Assembly (NCBI GenBank): GCA_029268475.1
Contig: JAQWNR010000022.1
Coordinates: forward strand, 29,882-93,881
DNA length: 64,000 nt
From: Porticoccaceae bacterium
GTDB taxonomy: Bacteria; Pseudomonadota; Gammaproteobacteria; Pseudomonadales; Porticoccaceae
Reading direction: 5' to 3'
The notes beneath the pieces were generated by a model, which saw only the letters and a list, made by a program, of their open reading frames with translations, did no database searches and was not told where the DNA came from. Position numbers and translations under genes: made by a program. Positions 30,043 through 39,195 of the stretch are shown here, piece by piece. The stretch's first letter is position 1. Each line of letters opens with the position of its first letter.

Positions 30043-30074
30043 TTCTTCAGCGTCTTATCGGCCATGCAGCAGGA

Positions 30075-30647
30075 CTACGACTCTTTGACTCGACCCTGAT
30101 ATTCACCTGTACGAGTATCCACTTTAATCACATCACCCTGATCGAGAAACAGGGGTACTTTAACAGTGGCACCTGTAACCAGCTTGGCCGGCTTGCTACC
30201 GCCCTGTGCCGTATCGCCACGTAATCCTGGATCGGTTTCGACGATTTCCAACTCGACATGATTGGGCGGCACGACGGACAGTGGCGCACCGTTATACAGA
30301 GTGACAACGCAAGTATCTTGTTCGCTAAGCCATTGCAATGCATCGCCGACGGCATTTTCTGTGGCCTGATGCTGCTCAAAACTATCGGGCTCCATAAAAT
30401 ACCAAAAGTCGCCATCGTTATAGAGATACTGCATATCCATATCGATTACATCAGCGCCCTCCAGACTCTCACCGGACTTAAACGTTTTTTCCAGCACACG
30501 ACCGGTTTTTAGATTGCGCAGCTTGACTCGATTAAAGGCTTGACCCTTACCCGGCTTAACAAATTCGTTTTCTAAAATTGAGCAGGGATCACCATCGAGC
30601 ATGAGTTTTAAGCCTGAGCGAAATTCATTGGTGGAGTAGTTAGCCAT
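30075..30647 (-). CDS. efp: Elongation factor P
   Basis: 190 aa with the VKPGKGQAF loop and Lys at position 34. Confidence 0.95.
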   Translation of the reverse strand: MANYSTNEFRSGLKLMLDGDPCSILENEFVKPGKGQAFNRVKLRNLKTGRVLEKTFKSGESLEGADVIDMDMQYLYNDGDFWYFMEPDSFEQHQATENAVGDALQWLSEQDTCVVTLYNGAPLSVVPPNHVELEIVETDPGLRGDTAQGGSKPAKLVTGATVKVPLFLDQGDVIKVDTRTGEYQGRVKES

Positions 30648-30818
30648 GATTAAAAGTCTCGAAAAGATTAAAGGCGCACATGATAACCGAAGTGCGCAGA
30701 TTTTTTTAAAATTTCACTTAGCGTTTAGCAGGCGGCTGGCAACATGCTGTGACTAGCTCCCCTATTTTTGTGTGGAGAAGCTAAAAGCGACTTGCTACAC
30801 CAGATCAATCGCTAACCA

Positions 30819-32039
30819 CTAATTTAGCAAGTGGATATCTTTGTCACTGTAACCTAACAAATACAAAATACCATCCAACCCAAGATTAGAGATGGACTGT
30901 TTGGCTGAGGCTTTCACTAATGGCTTGGCTCTAAAGGCAATACCCAAACCAGCAATATTGAGCATTGGCAAATCGTTGGCACCATCGCCCACTGCAATGA
31001 CCTGCTGTAATACCAAGCCCTCCCTATCAGCCAACTCACGGAGAAGATCTGCTTTACGTTGACCATCAATAATATCCCCTTTCACTCTGCCAGTAACCCG
31101 CCCGTCCTCAATATCAAGCTCATTGGCATAGACATAGTCAACCCCAAGGATACGCTGTAAATAATGACCAAAATAAGTAAAACCTCCAGATACAATCGCC
31201 GTTTTAAAGCCCAATCTCTTTAAAGTTTTAAGTAGATGCTCAGCGCCCTCATTGAGCTGCAATCGCTCGGCCACCGACTGCAGAACATTGACATCCAAGC
31301 CCTTTAGTAACGCCATACGCTGGGCAAAGCTCTGCTTAAAATCGAGCTCGCCCTGCATCGCTGCCTCAGTAATGGCAGCGACCTGCTCCCCTACTCCAGC
31401 CTCTTTAGCTAACTCATCAATGACCTCAGCATCAATTAATGTTGAGTCCATATCAAATACCACTAATTGACGGTTGCGGCGGTAAATATTGTCCTCTTGA
31501 TAGGCAATATCAATATCATGCCGACTGGCTAGCTCGAGAAGGGAATTTCTAAACTGCTGCGGATTATCCGCCTCACCGCGCACAGAAAACTCAACGCATG
31601 CGCGACCCAACTTATCACTGTCATCAAGATGCACTCGACCAGATAAACGTACAATTTTGTCTATATTAAGCTGGTAGTCGGCGCACACAGTCGCCACTAG
31701 GGCTATATGAATGGCGTCAATCTTACGTGCTAACAGCGTGACCATATGCCTTGGCTTGCCCTGCTGTTCAACCCAATTCTGGTAGCGCTCTTCACTAATC
31801 GGCAAAAATTTTGCCTTCATCTGCAATGGCGCTAGGCAGCTCTGCAGACCCTCCGTCACCGCAGCGACCTCAACCTTGGTAGGAACGGCCGCCAAAATTG
31901 CCAAATTGAGCTGGTCATGGATAACCGCCTGACCAATATCCAAAACGCTAACATCGAATTGCGATAGCAATTTAGTCAGAGTACTAGTCACACCGGGTTT
32001 ATCTTCCCCGGACACATTTATTAACAGAATATCTTTCAC
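30819..32039 (-). CDS. serB: Phosphoserine phosphatase with N-terminal ACT-like regulatory domains
   Basis: 406 aa with HAD motifs VVFDMDSTLI, the SGGF context and GDGANDL. Confidence 0.9.
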   Translation of the reverse strand: MKDILLINVSGEDKPGVTSTLTKLLSQFDVSVLDIGQAVIHDQLNLAILAAVPTKVEVAAVTEGLQSCLAPLQMKAKFLPISEERYQNWVEQQGKPRHMVTLLARKIDAIHIALVATVCADYQLNIDKIVRLSGRVHLDDSDKLGRACVEFSVRGEADNPQQFRNSLLELASRHDIDIAYQEDNIYRRNRQLVVFDMDSTLIDAEVIDELAKEAGVGEQVAAITEAAMQGELDFKQSFAQRMALLKGLDVNVLQSVAERLQLNEGAEHLLKTLKRLGFKTAIVSGGFTYFGHYLQRILGVDYVYANELDIEDGRVTGRVKGDIIDGQRKADLLRELADREGLVLQQVIAVGDGANDLPMLNIAGLGIAFRAKPLVKASAKQSISNLGLDGILYLLGYSDKDIHLLN

Positions 32040-32124
32040 TGATTGCAGCCATATGATTTTTACCGGTTGCCATTATATAAAAGCTACAGGAATAGGATAG
32101 AATGCGCGGAAAATAAATTTACTT

Positions 32125-33339
32125 ATGGACCAACGCATGCATCGTCGCTATTCCATCGAGAAAAAGTTGCCTGGTGCAGTGCTTTGTCTTTGTCTCTTGT
32201 TAGGTTTGCTTAGCGCTATCATGCTCTCCAATCAAACCAAGCAACTCGCCACGGAGGCGGTTAGAAACAAAAGCCAAGCGACACTGAGTCGACTCGATGA
32301 ACTGATCCGCACGCCATTATTTAGCAATGACAGTATCAGCCTGCAAGTTGCTCTGAGCAGAATCACGGAAGATACCAGCATCTACAGCGCCAGTTTATTT
32401 AGCGTAGACAATAATTTAATCTCTCAAAGTACGCCGAACGGACCAGAACCTCTTAATAGCGAACGTTTTAGCCGCGATATTGAACTACAAGAGACCTTGA
32501 TCGGCACGCTGGTTATCGATATCGACAGCCAACCTATTTACCAGCAGTACCGCAACCTATTAATCAACTGGCTATTACTGTGGTTGCTGTTTACTGCGGC
32601 CAGCACCTATGGCTGTTTTCGCTATTCAGAGCAACTTGCGCGACGACTGCGCATCCTAACCAATCGACTGCCGGGTGAAGGCGAACCCATAATTGATGAA
32701 TTAACTGCCTTGGAAGCCAAAATTCAACCGCTTCTGTCAACGCCCACCCAGGCTGAAGGAGACCATAACAGCGGCTATTACCACTCTGTTGTCACTGCCA
32801 CGATCAAAAACCGTCAGCGCCTCAATAGTCAACTTAATAGCGAAAGCCTTGAACTGCTCTTTGAAAAGATTGATTACTGCACTGCCCGTGCATTAGAGCT
32901 ATACGGCGGTCAACGGATAGAGGGTGCCAGCAGTTCAATCTGCTTCACCATCCGCTCCACGCAGAGCTCCAAACAACATTTACTGGTCTGCCTGATGGCT
33001 GTTTACAGTCTGCAACAGTTGCTTGACCGACTTTCAGTCAAGCTCGGTGTCGATTTGGAGATCAATTGGGCGCTGTGCAGCGGTAATATCAGAACATTAC
33101 CAGTATTCAGCCACCACGAGGATATGGCGGCACTGAAACAGCAGTCGGCACTGTTAGGTGACAAAATGCAAGAGGGCATTATTGGCCTCTACAGTAATGA
33201 CTATGATATCGAGCAACTCTCCTCGATAGCGAGATTTATCCTGTTTGATAGCAACTGTTTTATCTTACAAAGTTTCCCTGAAGAACGGCAAAGGCTGCTG
33301 GAAAAGCAAATCATGCATCTCGCCAATATGTGTCTATAG
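32125..33339 (+). CDS. YtjB/Smp (AhpA)-like membrane protein extended by a roughly 240-aa cytoplasmic domain of unknown function
   Basis: The layout is TM1, a periplasmic segment of about 110 aa and TM2 (LLINWLLLWLLFTAASTYGCF), resembling E. coli YtjB. It is divergent from serB, as ytjB is. The extra C-terminal domain is not present in the 214-aa E. coli protein. Confidence 0.5.
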   Translation: MDQRMHRRYSIEKKLPGAVLCLCLLLGLLSAIMLSNQTKQLATEAVRNKSQATLSRLDELIRTPLFSNDSISLQVALSRITEDTSIYSASLFSVDNNLISQSTPNGPEPLNSERFSRDIELQETLIGTLVIDIDSQPIYQQYRNLLINWLLLWLLFTAASTYGCFRYSEQLARRLRILTNRLPGEGEPIIDELTALEAKIQPLLSTPTQAEGDHNSGYYHSVVTATIKNRQRLNSQLNSESLELLFEKIDYCTARALELYGGQRIEGASSSICFTIRSTQSSKQHLLVCLMAVYSLQQLLDRLSVKLGVDLEINWALCSGNIRTLPVFSHHEDMAALKQQSALLGDKMQEGIIGLYSNDYDIEQLSSIARFILFDSNCFILQSFPEERQRLLEKQIMHLANMCL

Positions 33340-33414
33340 CCCCTAAATTGACAGATTTCACACCGAGTTTGCTAATATCGGACGCTCGTAATAACCCACC
33401 ACTTAGATGCAGCG

Positions 33415-33807
33415 CTACAAGCGCGCCATGTTTTCCATTACGATTATTGCCCAAACCAGAATACACAATAAAAGCGATAGCCCCACCGCCGCAGAACCTG
33501 CATCTTTAGCATGCTTAGATAAATCATGAAACTCAGGACCTACACGATCCACTGTGGCCTCAATGCCTGTATTCAGTAGCTCCACAATTAATACCAGAAA
33601 TAAGCACCCCAGCAGCGCGATCAACTGCAGGTAATCTGCCGCAAGCCAGAAAGCGGTCGGAATCAGAACTAGCGATAACAGCAACTCAACACGGAAAGCT
33701 TCTTCATGCCAGAAGCTATGGTACAGACCACTCCAGGTATTTCTGAGCGTTGCAATAATCCGCCGCGAAAAAAAGGCTTTAACGCCCCCATGGATCTCAG
33801 GTTTCAT
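33415..33807 (-). CDS. dgkA: Diacylglycerol kinase (prokaryotic DgkA type)
   Basis: 130 aa three-TM protein with EAFRVELLL, LNTGIEATVDR and KDAGSAAV motifs. Confidence 0.9.
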   Translation of the reverse strand: MKPEIHGGVKAFFSRRIIATLRNTWSGLYHSFWHEEAFRVELLLSLVLIPTAFWLAADYLQLIALLGCLFLVLIVELLNTGIEATVDRVGPEFHDLSKHAKDAGSAAVGLSLLLCILVWAIIVMENMARL

Positions 33808-33810
33808 TGT

Positions 33811-34620
33811 TCACTCGCCATTCACTCCCAGCTCACTGCCAGTATCAAGGCGTTGATCCATTTCTAGGGCTGGACTAACCTCGCTAGGTGTCCCCACTAT
33901 TTTTGCCGGCACACCAACTACGGTAACATGCGGCGGCACAGGATCGAGAACTAAGCTTCCGGCGCCCACCTTAACACCCTCACCAATATCGATATTGCCA
34001 AGAATTTTAGCGCCAGCAGAGATCATTACACCGTTGCCAATTTTGGGGTGTCGATTCCCCCCCTGACAACCGCTACCCCCTAAAGTAACAGAGTGCAAAA
34101 TAGAGACATTATCGCCAACGACGGCAGTCTCACCGATAACCAGACCAGTGGCATGGTCGATCATAATGCCCGAGCCGATCTGCGCGCCGGGATGAATATC
34201 CACAGCAAAGGTTTGCGAAATTTGATTCTGAAAAAATAACGCCAAGGGTTTACGGCCCTTGAGCCACAGCCAATGAGCTACTCGCTGTAGTTGCAACGCT
34301 TGAAAACCCTTGAAATAGAGTATCGGCGTTAAGTAACGATCACAGGCAGCATCTCTGTCAAAGGCAGCTTCAATATCCAAACGAACACTGCGCCCAATAC
34401 TGTCATCGGTCTGTAGTGCCTGCAAAATCACCCCAGCAATATCTGCAGCCGGCATTGCCGAACTCGCCAATTGCTGGGCAAGGTTAAAACTCAAGGCAGC
34501 ATTGAGATCTGTTTGCGCCAATATGTTGGTGTTAAAAAAATCGGCCATCAGCGGCTCTTCAGCACTAGCCTGTCTCGCCTCCTCAAGAATAACTTCCCAG
34601 ATTGGGTCATTTTTTTGCAT
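33811..34620 (-). CDS. cysE: Serine O-acetyltransferase, copy 2
   Basis: It has DIHPGAQIGSGIMIDHATGLVIGETAVVGD...GNRHPKI. The start is preferred at MQKNDPIWEVI (34620); the longest ORF starts at 34656. There are 3 nt between its stop and the dgkA start. Confidence 0.85.
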   Translation of the reverse strand: MQKNDPIWEVILEEARQASAEEPLMADFFNTNILAQTDLNAALSFNLAQQLASSAMPAADIAGVILQALQTDDSIGRSVRLDIEAAFDRDAACDRYLTPILYFKGFQALQLQRVAHWLWLKGRKPLALFFQNQISQTFAVDIHPGAQIGSGIMIDHATGLVIGETAVVGDNVSILHSVTLGGSGCQGGNRHPKIGNGVMISAGAKILGNIDIGEGVKVGAGSLVLDPVPPHVTVVGVPAKIVGTPSEVSPALEMDQRLDTGSELGVNGE

Positions 34621-34663
34621 GTTCAAATGCTCTCTTAAATCCTGTTTTCTTAGCAAAACCTAG

Positions 34664-35344
34664 CTATGCAACGCGAACATAACGTCGCATTATCTCGTCA
34701 AGGTGCTCCAGCACCTGATCTAACAGCAATATCTCAGTATTCTGTAACCGTTGCCGCAATACCTCAGTGGTGAGCTGCTGGGCATAGTTATCTGCCAGAG
34801 GTCGGTAGCTAATATGCCAGCGCTCTGGCGCGATACCACCGAGGTCAGTTGCATAGGGACGGTAAAACCCAAAATGCTCAAGCTCCTTATCCAGCCAATT
34901 ATGCATGGCTGCGAACATGCCCTGGCCCTCTACTTCCTCTGGAATAAGCTGGATTTGGTAGCCATCCGGCATCGCCTTGGCATCGTAGATATCCATATCA
35001 GTACCCCAATGATGGCGCGAAGCACCGGGTAGTGCAGACCAGCGCAACAATGCTTGAATTTGCTGCCAAGGAGTCAATGAATCGAGGTCAACCACCGCAC
35101 CAGCGGCGTCAAGTACAGGGCGTAACCCAGACAACTTACTGTTCCAAATATGGACCTGTCGCTCAAAACTGCGGAAACCGCTACACAGCTTAAGATCAAA
35201 ACCAGCGTCGGCAGCGCAAGATTGAAGTTCAGTTAAAGGCGCAACGACCTGACTATGCACCATCATAGGCTGCTGGTCAGTAGATGCATTTAAATCAACA
35301 AGATGCCGCTCAGTTGAGCCCGTTAGAAGGTCAAATTCATTCAT
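34664..35344 (-). CDS. Peptidase M15 (VanY/D-Ala-D-Ala carboxypeptidase-like) family protein
   Basis: 226 aa with SGFRSFERQ, HHWGTDMDIYD and ERWHISY, which resemble the zinc-ligand contexts of M15 peptidases. I see no obvious signal peptide. Confidence 0.65.
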   Translation of the reverse strand: MNEFDLLTGSTERHLVDLNASTDQQPMMVHSQVVAPLTELQSCAADAGFDLKLCSGFRSFERQVHIWNSKLSGLRPVLDAAGAVVDLDSLTPWQQIQALLRWSALPGASRHHWGTDMDIYDAKAMPDGYQIQLIPEEVEGQGMFAAMHNWLDKELEHFGFYRPYATDLGGIAPERWHISYRPLADNYAQQLTTEVLRQRLQNTEILLLDQVLEHLDEIMRRYVRVA

Positions 35345-35424
35345 TTTACTATCGGCAGTGACAGGCTAGTAAGTTAAAGGCACAGTTATACCCGCGCGCA
35401 CAACAATAAGCAAAAGTTCAGGCA

Positions 35425-35450
35425 TTGAATTCTGATCTTTTGCCCACATA
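35425..35450 (+). promoter_or_regulatory. Candidate sigma32 (heat-shock) promoter of htpX
   Basis: TTGAA-N13-CCCACATA read directly, against the recalled consensus CTTGAA-N13-17-CCCCATnT. It lies about 30 nt upstream of the htpX ATG. Confidence 0.4.
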
Positions 35451-35481
35451 AAATAGCAACCAGACGTTACAGGACTAAGCC

Positions 35482-36372
35482 ATGTATAGAATCGGACTAT
35501 TTCTTCTCACCAACCTAGCCATCATTGTTGTCGCCAGTATTTCACTGCGATTACTGGGTGTCGATAGCATTCTGGCCAATAATGGTATGGATCTGGATCT
35601 CAGAGCGCTACTGATTTTCTGTGCCGTATTTGGTTTTATCGGTTCATTTGTCTCTCTTTTACTGTCCAAATTTATCGCCAAGCGCACCAGTGGTACGCAA
35701 ATTATCCAGCAACCACAGACAGAACAGGAACGCTGGCTGATGCAAACGGTAGCGGATTTGGCGAAAAAGGCGGACATAGGCATGCCCGACGTCGGTATTT
35801 TCCCCGCCCAACAATCTAATGCCTTTGCCACCGGTTGGAACAGAAATAATGCGCTAGTGGCAGTAAGTGCTGGACTTCTGCAACGCTTTAGCCGTGACGA
35901 GGCGCGCGCCGTGCTCGCGCATGAGATTGGCCATGTCGCCAATGGCGATATGATTACATTGAGTTTGGTGCAAGGCGTGGTTAATACCTTCGTTATGTTT
36001 GCCGCCCGAGTGATTGGTTTTTTTGTTGACCGTGTTGTGCTTAAAAATAATCGTGGCTTAGGTCTGGGGTACTGGATCACTACTGTTGTAGCGGAAATTG
36101 CGCTAGGTATTTTAGCCTCAACCATTGTTATGTGGTTTTCCAGACAACGTGAATTCCGTGCCGATGCAGCCGGTGCGCAGCTCGCTGGGCGCACCGCTAT
36201 GCTAGGTGCCTTGGAGAAACTGCGCAGTGAAACACAGGCCCAGGTCGCGAATGAGATGCCCGACACAATGACTGCTTTTGGTATCTCCAGCGGCTGGAAG
36301 CGTAAAACCAGCAAGTTATTTATGACTCACCCACCTTTAGAAGAGCGTATTAAGGCCCTTAAATATGGCTGA
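35482..36372 (+). CDS. htpX: Membrane zinc metalloprotease HtpX
   Basis: 296 aa with the [10 protein letters not shown] zinc motif and four TM segments. Confidence 0.95.
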   Translation: MYRIGLFLLTNLAIIVVASISLRLLGVDSILANNGMDLDLRALLIFCAVFGFIGSFVSLLLSKFIAKRTSGTQIIQQPQTEQERWLMQTVADLAKKADIGMPDVGIFPAQQSNAFATGWNRNNALVAVSAGLLQRFSRDEARAVLAHEIGHVANGDMITLSLVQGVVNTFVMFAARVIGFFVDRVVLKNNRGLGLGYWITTVVAEIALGILASTIVMWFSRQREFRADAAGAQLAGRTAMLGALEKLRSETQAQVANEMPDTMTAFGISSGWKRKTSKLFMTHPPLEERIKALKYG

Positions 36373-36775
36373 ATCAAGTATCGTGGACACCGATATATTG
36401 CTCTGTCAAATCGACGATCTAGCAGAAATGCAAACGATCGAATTGGATATTGGCGACAATAAACTGTTTGCTATCCGCAAAGACAATCAAGTTCATGCCT
36501 ACTGGAATAATTGTCCTCATTTGGGTATTCCACTGAACTGGATGCCAGAAAAATTTCTCGATTTAGATGGTTCACTCATACAGTGCTCGTCCCATGGGGC
36601 ATTGTTCCAAATTGATAGTGGCGAATGTATTGCCGGACCATGTATTGGCGACCATCTGAAGCCTGTGGAAGTTAGGGTTGAAGGCAATATGATCTATGTC
36701 GTGGCCAATCAACCAATGCCCCAAGCGCCAATTAATCTGAGAGCGCAGGCGCTGGCAGATCTTGAAGACAGCTAA
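36365..36775 (+). CDS. Small Rieske [2Fe-2S] domain protein
   Basis: 136 aa with Rieske boxes CPHLG and CSSHGALF. Its ATG overlaps the htpX stop (ATGGCTGA). Confidence 0.8.
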   Translation: MAESSIVDTDILLCQIDDLAEMQTIELDIGDNKLFAIRKDNQVHAYWNNCPHLGIPLNWMPEKFLDLDGSLIQCSSHGALFQIDSGECIAGPCIGDHLKPVEVRVEGNMIYVVANQPMPQAPINLRAQALADLEDS

Positions 36776-37466
36776 TGGGGCGATGCAGTCTCGTTTCATT
36801 AGCAGTTAATATCGTGCACCACGCCATTACCTCAACACCGGCGGCTACAGCCTGTGCCATAATGCGAGCATAGGCGGGATCGATATCTGCAGCAACCTCC
36901 ATACGGTCAACGCCTGTGAGTTGTACACAAAAAAATAGAACAGCGCGGCGTCCTGCGGCAACCATCGCCATTAACTCGCGCAAATGTTTGGCCCCGCGAC
37001 TGGTGACAGCATCGGGAAACATGGCCAATCCATCACCTTTATCTAAGGTGACATTTTTCACTTCTACGTAACACAAACCGCGCTCATCATCTTCTAACAG
37101 CAAGTCGATGCGACTTTTCTCCGCGCCATAACGCACCTCGGTGCGAATCTGCTGGTAACCACATAATTCAGGTATCAGGCCTGCCTCAATCGCTTCGCGG
37201 ACCAAATGGTTGGATTTAGCGGTATTCACGCCGGCCAAATTGCCGTGGCTAGTAGTGACTATTTCCAATGTCCCGGGTAACTTTCGTTTTGGATTATCGG
37301 ACAAACTGTACCAACAAGCCGAACCCTCAACCTGGCAATTTTTCATCGATCCAGTATTGGCGCAATGCAATGTAATCAAACGACCCTGCTGATCAAGCAC
37401 ATCGGCAAAGAACCTTTTATACCGCTTAACGAAGGTCGCGCAATGCAATGAGGGAGTATTTTTCAT
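36732..37466 (-). CDS. sfsA: Sugar fermentation stimulation protein A
   Basis: 244 aa. ATFVKRYKRFFADV...HCANTGSM...VEVK are typical SfsA motifs. Its 3' end overlaps the convergent Rieske ORF by 44 nt. Confidence 0.9.
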   Translation of the reverse strand: MKNTPSLHCATFVKRYKRFFADVLDQQGRLITLHCANTGSMKNCQVEGSACWYSLSDNPKRKLPGTLEIVTTSHGNLAGVNTAKSNHLVREAIEAGLIPELCGYQQIRTEVRYGAEKSRIDLLLEDDERGLCYVEVKNVTLDKGDGLAMFPDAVTSRGAKHLRELMAMVAAGRRAVLFFCVQLTGVDRMEVAADIDPAYARIMAQAVAAGVEVMAWCTILTANETRLHRPISCLQDLPAPALSD

Positions 37467-37665
37467 TTTATGTTGTCACAGGACAGGTTATACGTTGTCA
37501 GTAAAGTATGAGTAGCCTGAAATAATTTGCAAGGCTAAGGATAAAACATCAGCATAAATAAGCTAATCTCGGGGGAGGAATACAAATTTCTCTTGATTAA
37601 TTGGTGTAAAATCTCTATAAACGCGAGTTGTTTTTTTAAGCCTAAATTAACACCGGATCTTACTA

Positions 37666-38118
37666 ATGGCAAAAGCAAAGGCAAAACCTGCCGCAAGCGC
37701 GGTCTTTCTTCACGGTTTAGCTCCCTACAAGGAGAAAAAATCTGAAGAATATATGAATGAAAATCAGCTTGAGCATTTCAAACTGATTCTTAAGGCATGG
37801 CGCAGTGAACTAATGGAAGAGGTTGACCGCACCGTAAGTCACATGAAAGATGAGGCGGCTAATTTTCCCGACCCTGCCGATCGCGCAACTCAGGAAGAAG
37901 AGTTCAGCCTTGAGCTTCGCACCCGCGATCGCGAGCGCAAGTTAATTAAAAAAATCGATAAAACCCTTGTTCGTGTCGAAGAAGATGATTACGGGTTTTG
38001 CGACCAATGTGGCGTTGAAATTGGTATCCGTCGACTGGAAGCCCGCCCCACCGCTGATTTATGCGTTGACTGTAAAACGCTTGATGAAATCAAGGAAAAA
38101 CAAATTACTGGAGGCTAA
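37666..38118 (+). CDS. dksA: RNA polymerase-binding transcription factor DksA
   Basis: 150 aa with a coiled coil carrying the DxxDxA tip (DPADRATQEEE) and zinc finger CDQCGVEI...CVDCK. Confidence 0.95.
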   Translation: MAKAKAKPAASAVFLHGLAPYKEKKSEEYMNENQLEHFKLILKAWRSELMEEVDRTVSHMKDEAANFPDPADRATQEEEFSLELRTRDRERKLIKKIDKTLVRVEEDDYGFCDQCGVEIGIRRLEARPTADLCVDCKTLDEIKEKQITGG

Positions 38119-38170
38119 TCTTGGCCTCCGGTGGCCTGTGGTGTATAAAACCATACGCCACAGAGTCTGA

Positions 38171-39112
38171 GTGCTAGCCATGTCTGCACTATCTTCTGAA
38201 CCATCTTCTGCACCATCTTCTGCACCATCTTACGTAGGTCGCTTCGCCCCCTCTCCTACAGGCCCTCTTCACTTTGGCTCACTGACCAGTGCGCTAGCAA
38301 GCTTTATCCATGCCCGCCAAAATAAAGGCAAATGGCTGGTACGAATGGAAGATATAGATCCACCCCGAGAAGTTGCCGGCGCCAGTGATCAAATACTGCA
38401 ACAATTGGATGATCATGGCCTCCACTGGGATGATGCTGTGCTCTATCAGAGCAGCAGACTCGATTCTTATAAACAAGCTCTGGATAACCTATGGAACCAA
38501 GGTCTTGTTTACCACTGTCAGTGTAATCGTCAGCGAATTAATAGTTTGGGCGGTGTGTATGATGGCCAGTGCCGTCATCTTCAATTTTCGGCCTCGGGCA
38601 ACGCCACAAGAGTTATCATTAATAATCCAGACAGAAAAATCAGCTTTGTTGATCAGATTATGGGGACTTACCAGCAACAACTCAGCACCCAGGCAGGCGA
38701 CTTCGTTATACAACGCCGCGATCAATTATTTTCTTATCAATTAGCCGTAGTGGTTGATGACCAATTTCAAGCTATTAGTCATATTGTTCGCGGTGAAGAC
38801 TTGTTGGATTCAACACCACGCCAACTCTACCTCCAACAATGCCTCGGTTATAATCAACCTACCTATAGTCATCTACCTTTAGTGCTCAATAGCCAAGGCC
38901 AGAAACTCAGTAAACAGAATCTCGCCACTGGCCTCAGAGCTGGTAACGAATCGCAAAATCTATGGCAAGCACTCCGCTGGCTACAACAGTCCCCGCCAGA
39001 GCCATTACAATGGCAATCGGTAAGCGATATTTTGACTTGGGCGATTAATCATTGGGACAGCCGTATACTGGCTGAAAATCCTCAAAATGCGCTAGCGCCC
39101 GAAGGGTACTGA
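38171..39112 (+). CDS. gluQ: Glutamyl-Q tRNA(Asp) synthetase
   Basis: It has GRFAPSPTGPLHFGSL (HIGH-like) and KLSKQ (KMSKS-like), and follows dksA as in E. coli and Pseudomonas. The start is GTG 38171 or ATG 38180. Confidence 0.9.
   Translation: MLAMSALSSEPSSAPSSAPSYVGRFAPSPTGPLHFGSLTSALASFIHARQNKGKWLVRMEDIDPPREVAGASDQILQQLDDHGLHWDDAVLYQSSRLDSYKQALDNLWNQGLVYHCQCNRQRINSLGGVYDGQCRHLQFSASGNATRVIINNPDRKISFVDQIMGTYQQQLSTQAGDFVIQRRDQLFSYQLAVVVDDQFQAISHIVRGEDLLDSTPRQLYLQQCLGYNQPTYSHLPLVLNSQGQKLSKQNLATGLRAGNESQNLWQALRWLQQSPPEPLQWQSVSDILTWAINHWDSRILAENPQNALAPEGY
38189..38236 (+). repeat. Four tandem 12-bp units (CCATCTTCTGCA) inside the gluQ 5' end
   Basis: Read directly as ctatcttctgaa / ccatcttctgca / ccatcttctgca / ccatcttacgta. 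They encode SSEP-SSAP-SSAP-S. Confidence 0.9.
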
Positions 39113-39195
39113 TTTGATTTGCCGCGGTTGCGCGCATACCATCGACCACCGGATAATCTATGTTGACCATGCCAGCTAAACCAAGATGCCAATAA

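Noticed and set aside
30674-30707. Hairpin gcgcac-N12-gtgcgc followed by a T7 run on the plus strand, between serB and efp
   Set aside because: On the plus strand it looks like an intrinsic terminator, but no plus-strand gene lies upstream. On the minus strand, the strand of both neighbours, the trailing U-tract is poor (CUUUAAUCUUUU), and it sits about 27 nt before the efp ATG. Orientation and function are ambiguous, so I did not call it.
35475-36314. 279-aa ORF on the minus strand, the largest unexplained ORF in the track
   Set aside because: It lies entirely antisense to htpX, which has an unambiguous HEIGH protease signature. Its translation is low-complexity (Ala/Ser/Arg/Pro-rich) with no recognisable motif, which is typical of a shadow ORF. 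The same reasoning applies to the other antisense ORFs at 6555-6974, 7015-7398, 25443-25850, 26841-27248, 28687-29031, 41290-41658 and 51118-51546.
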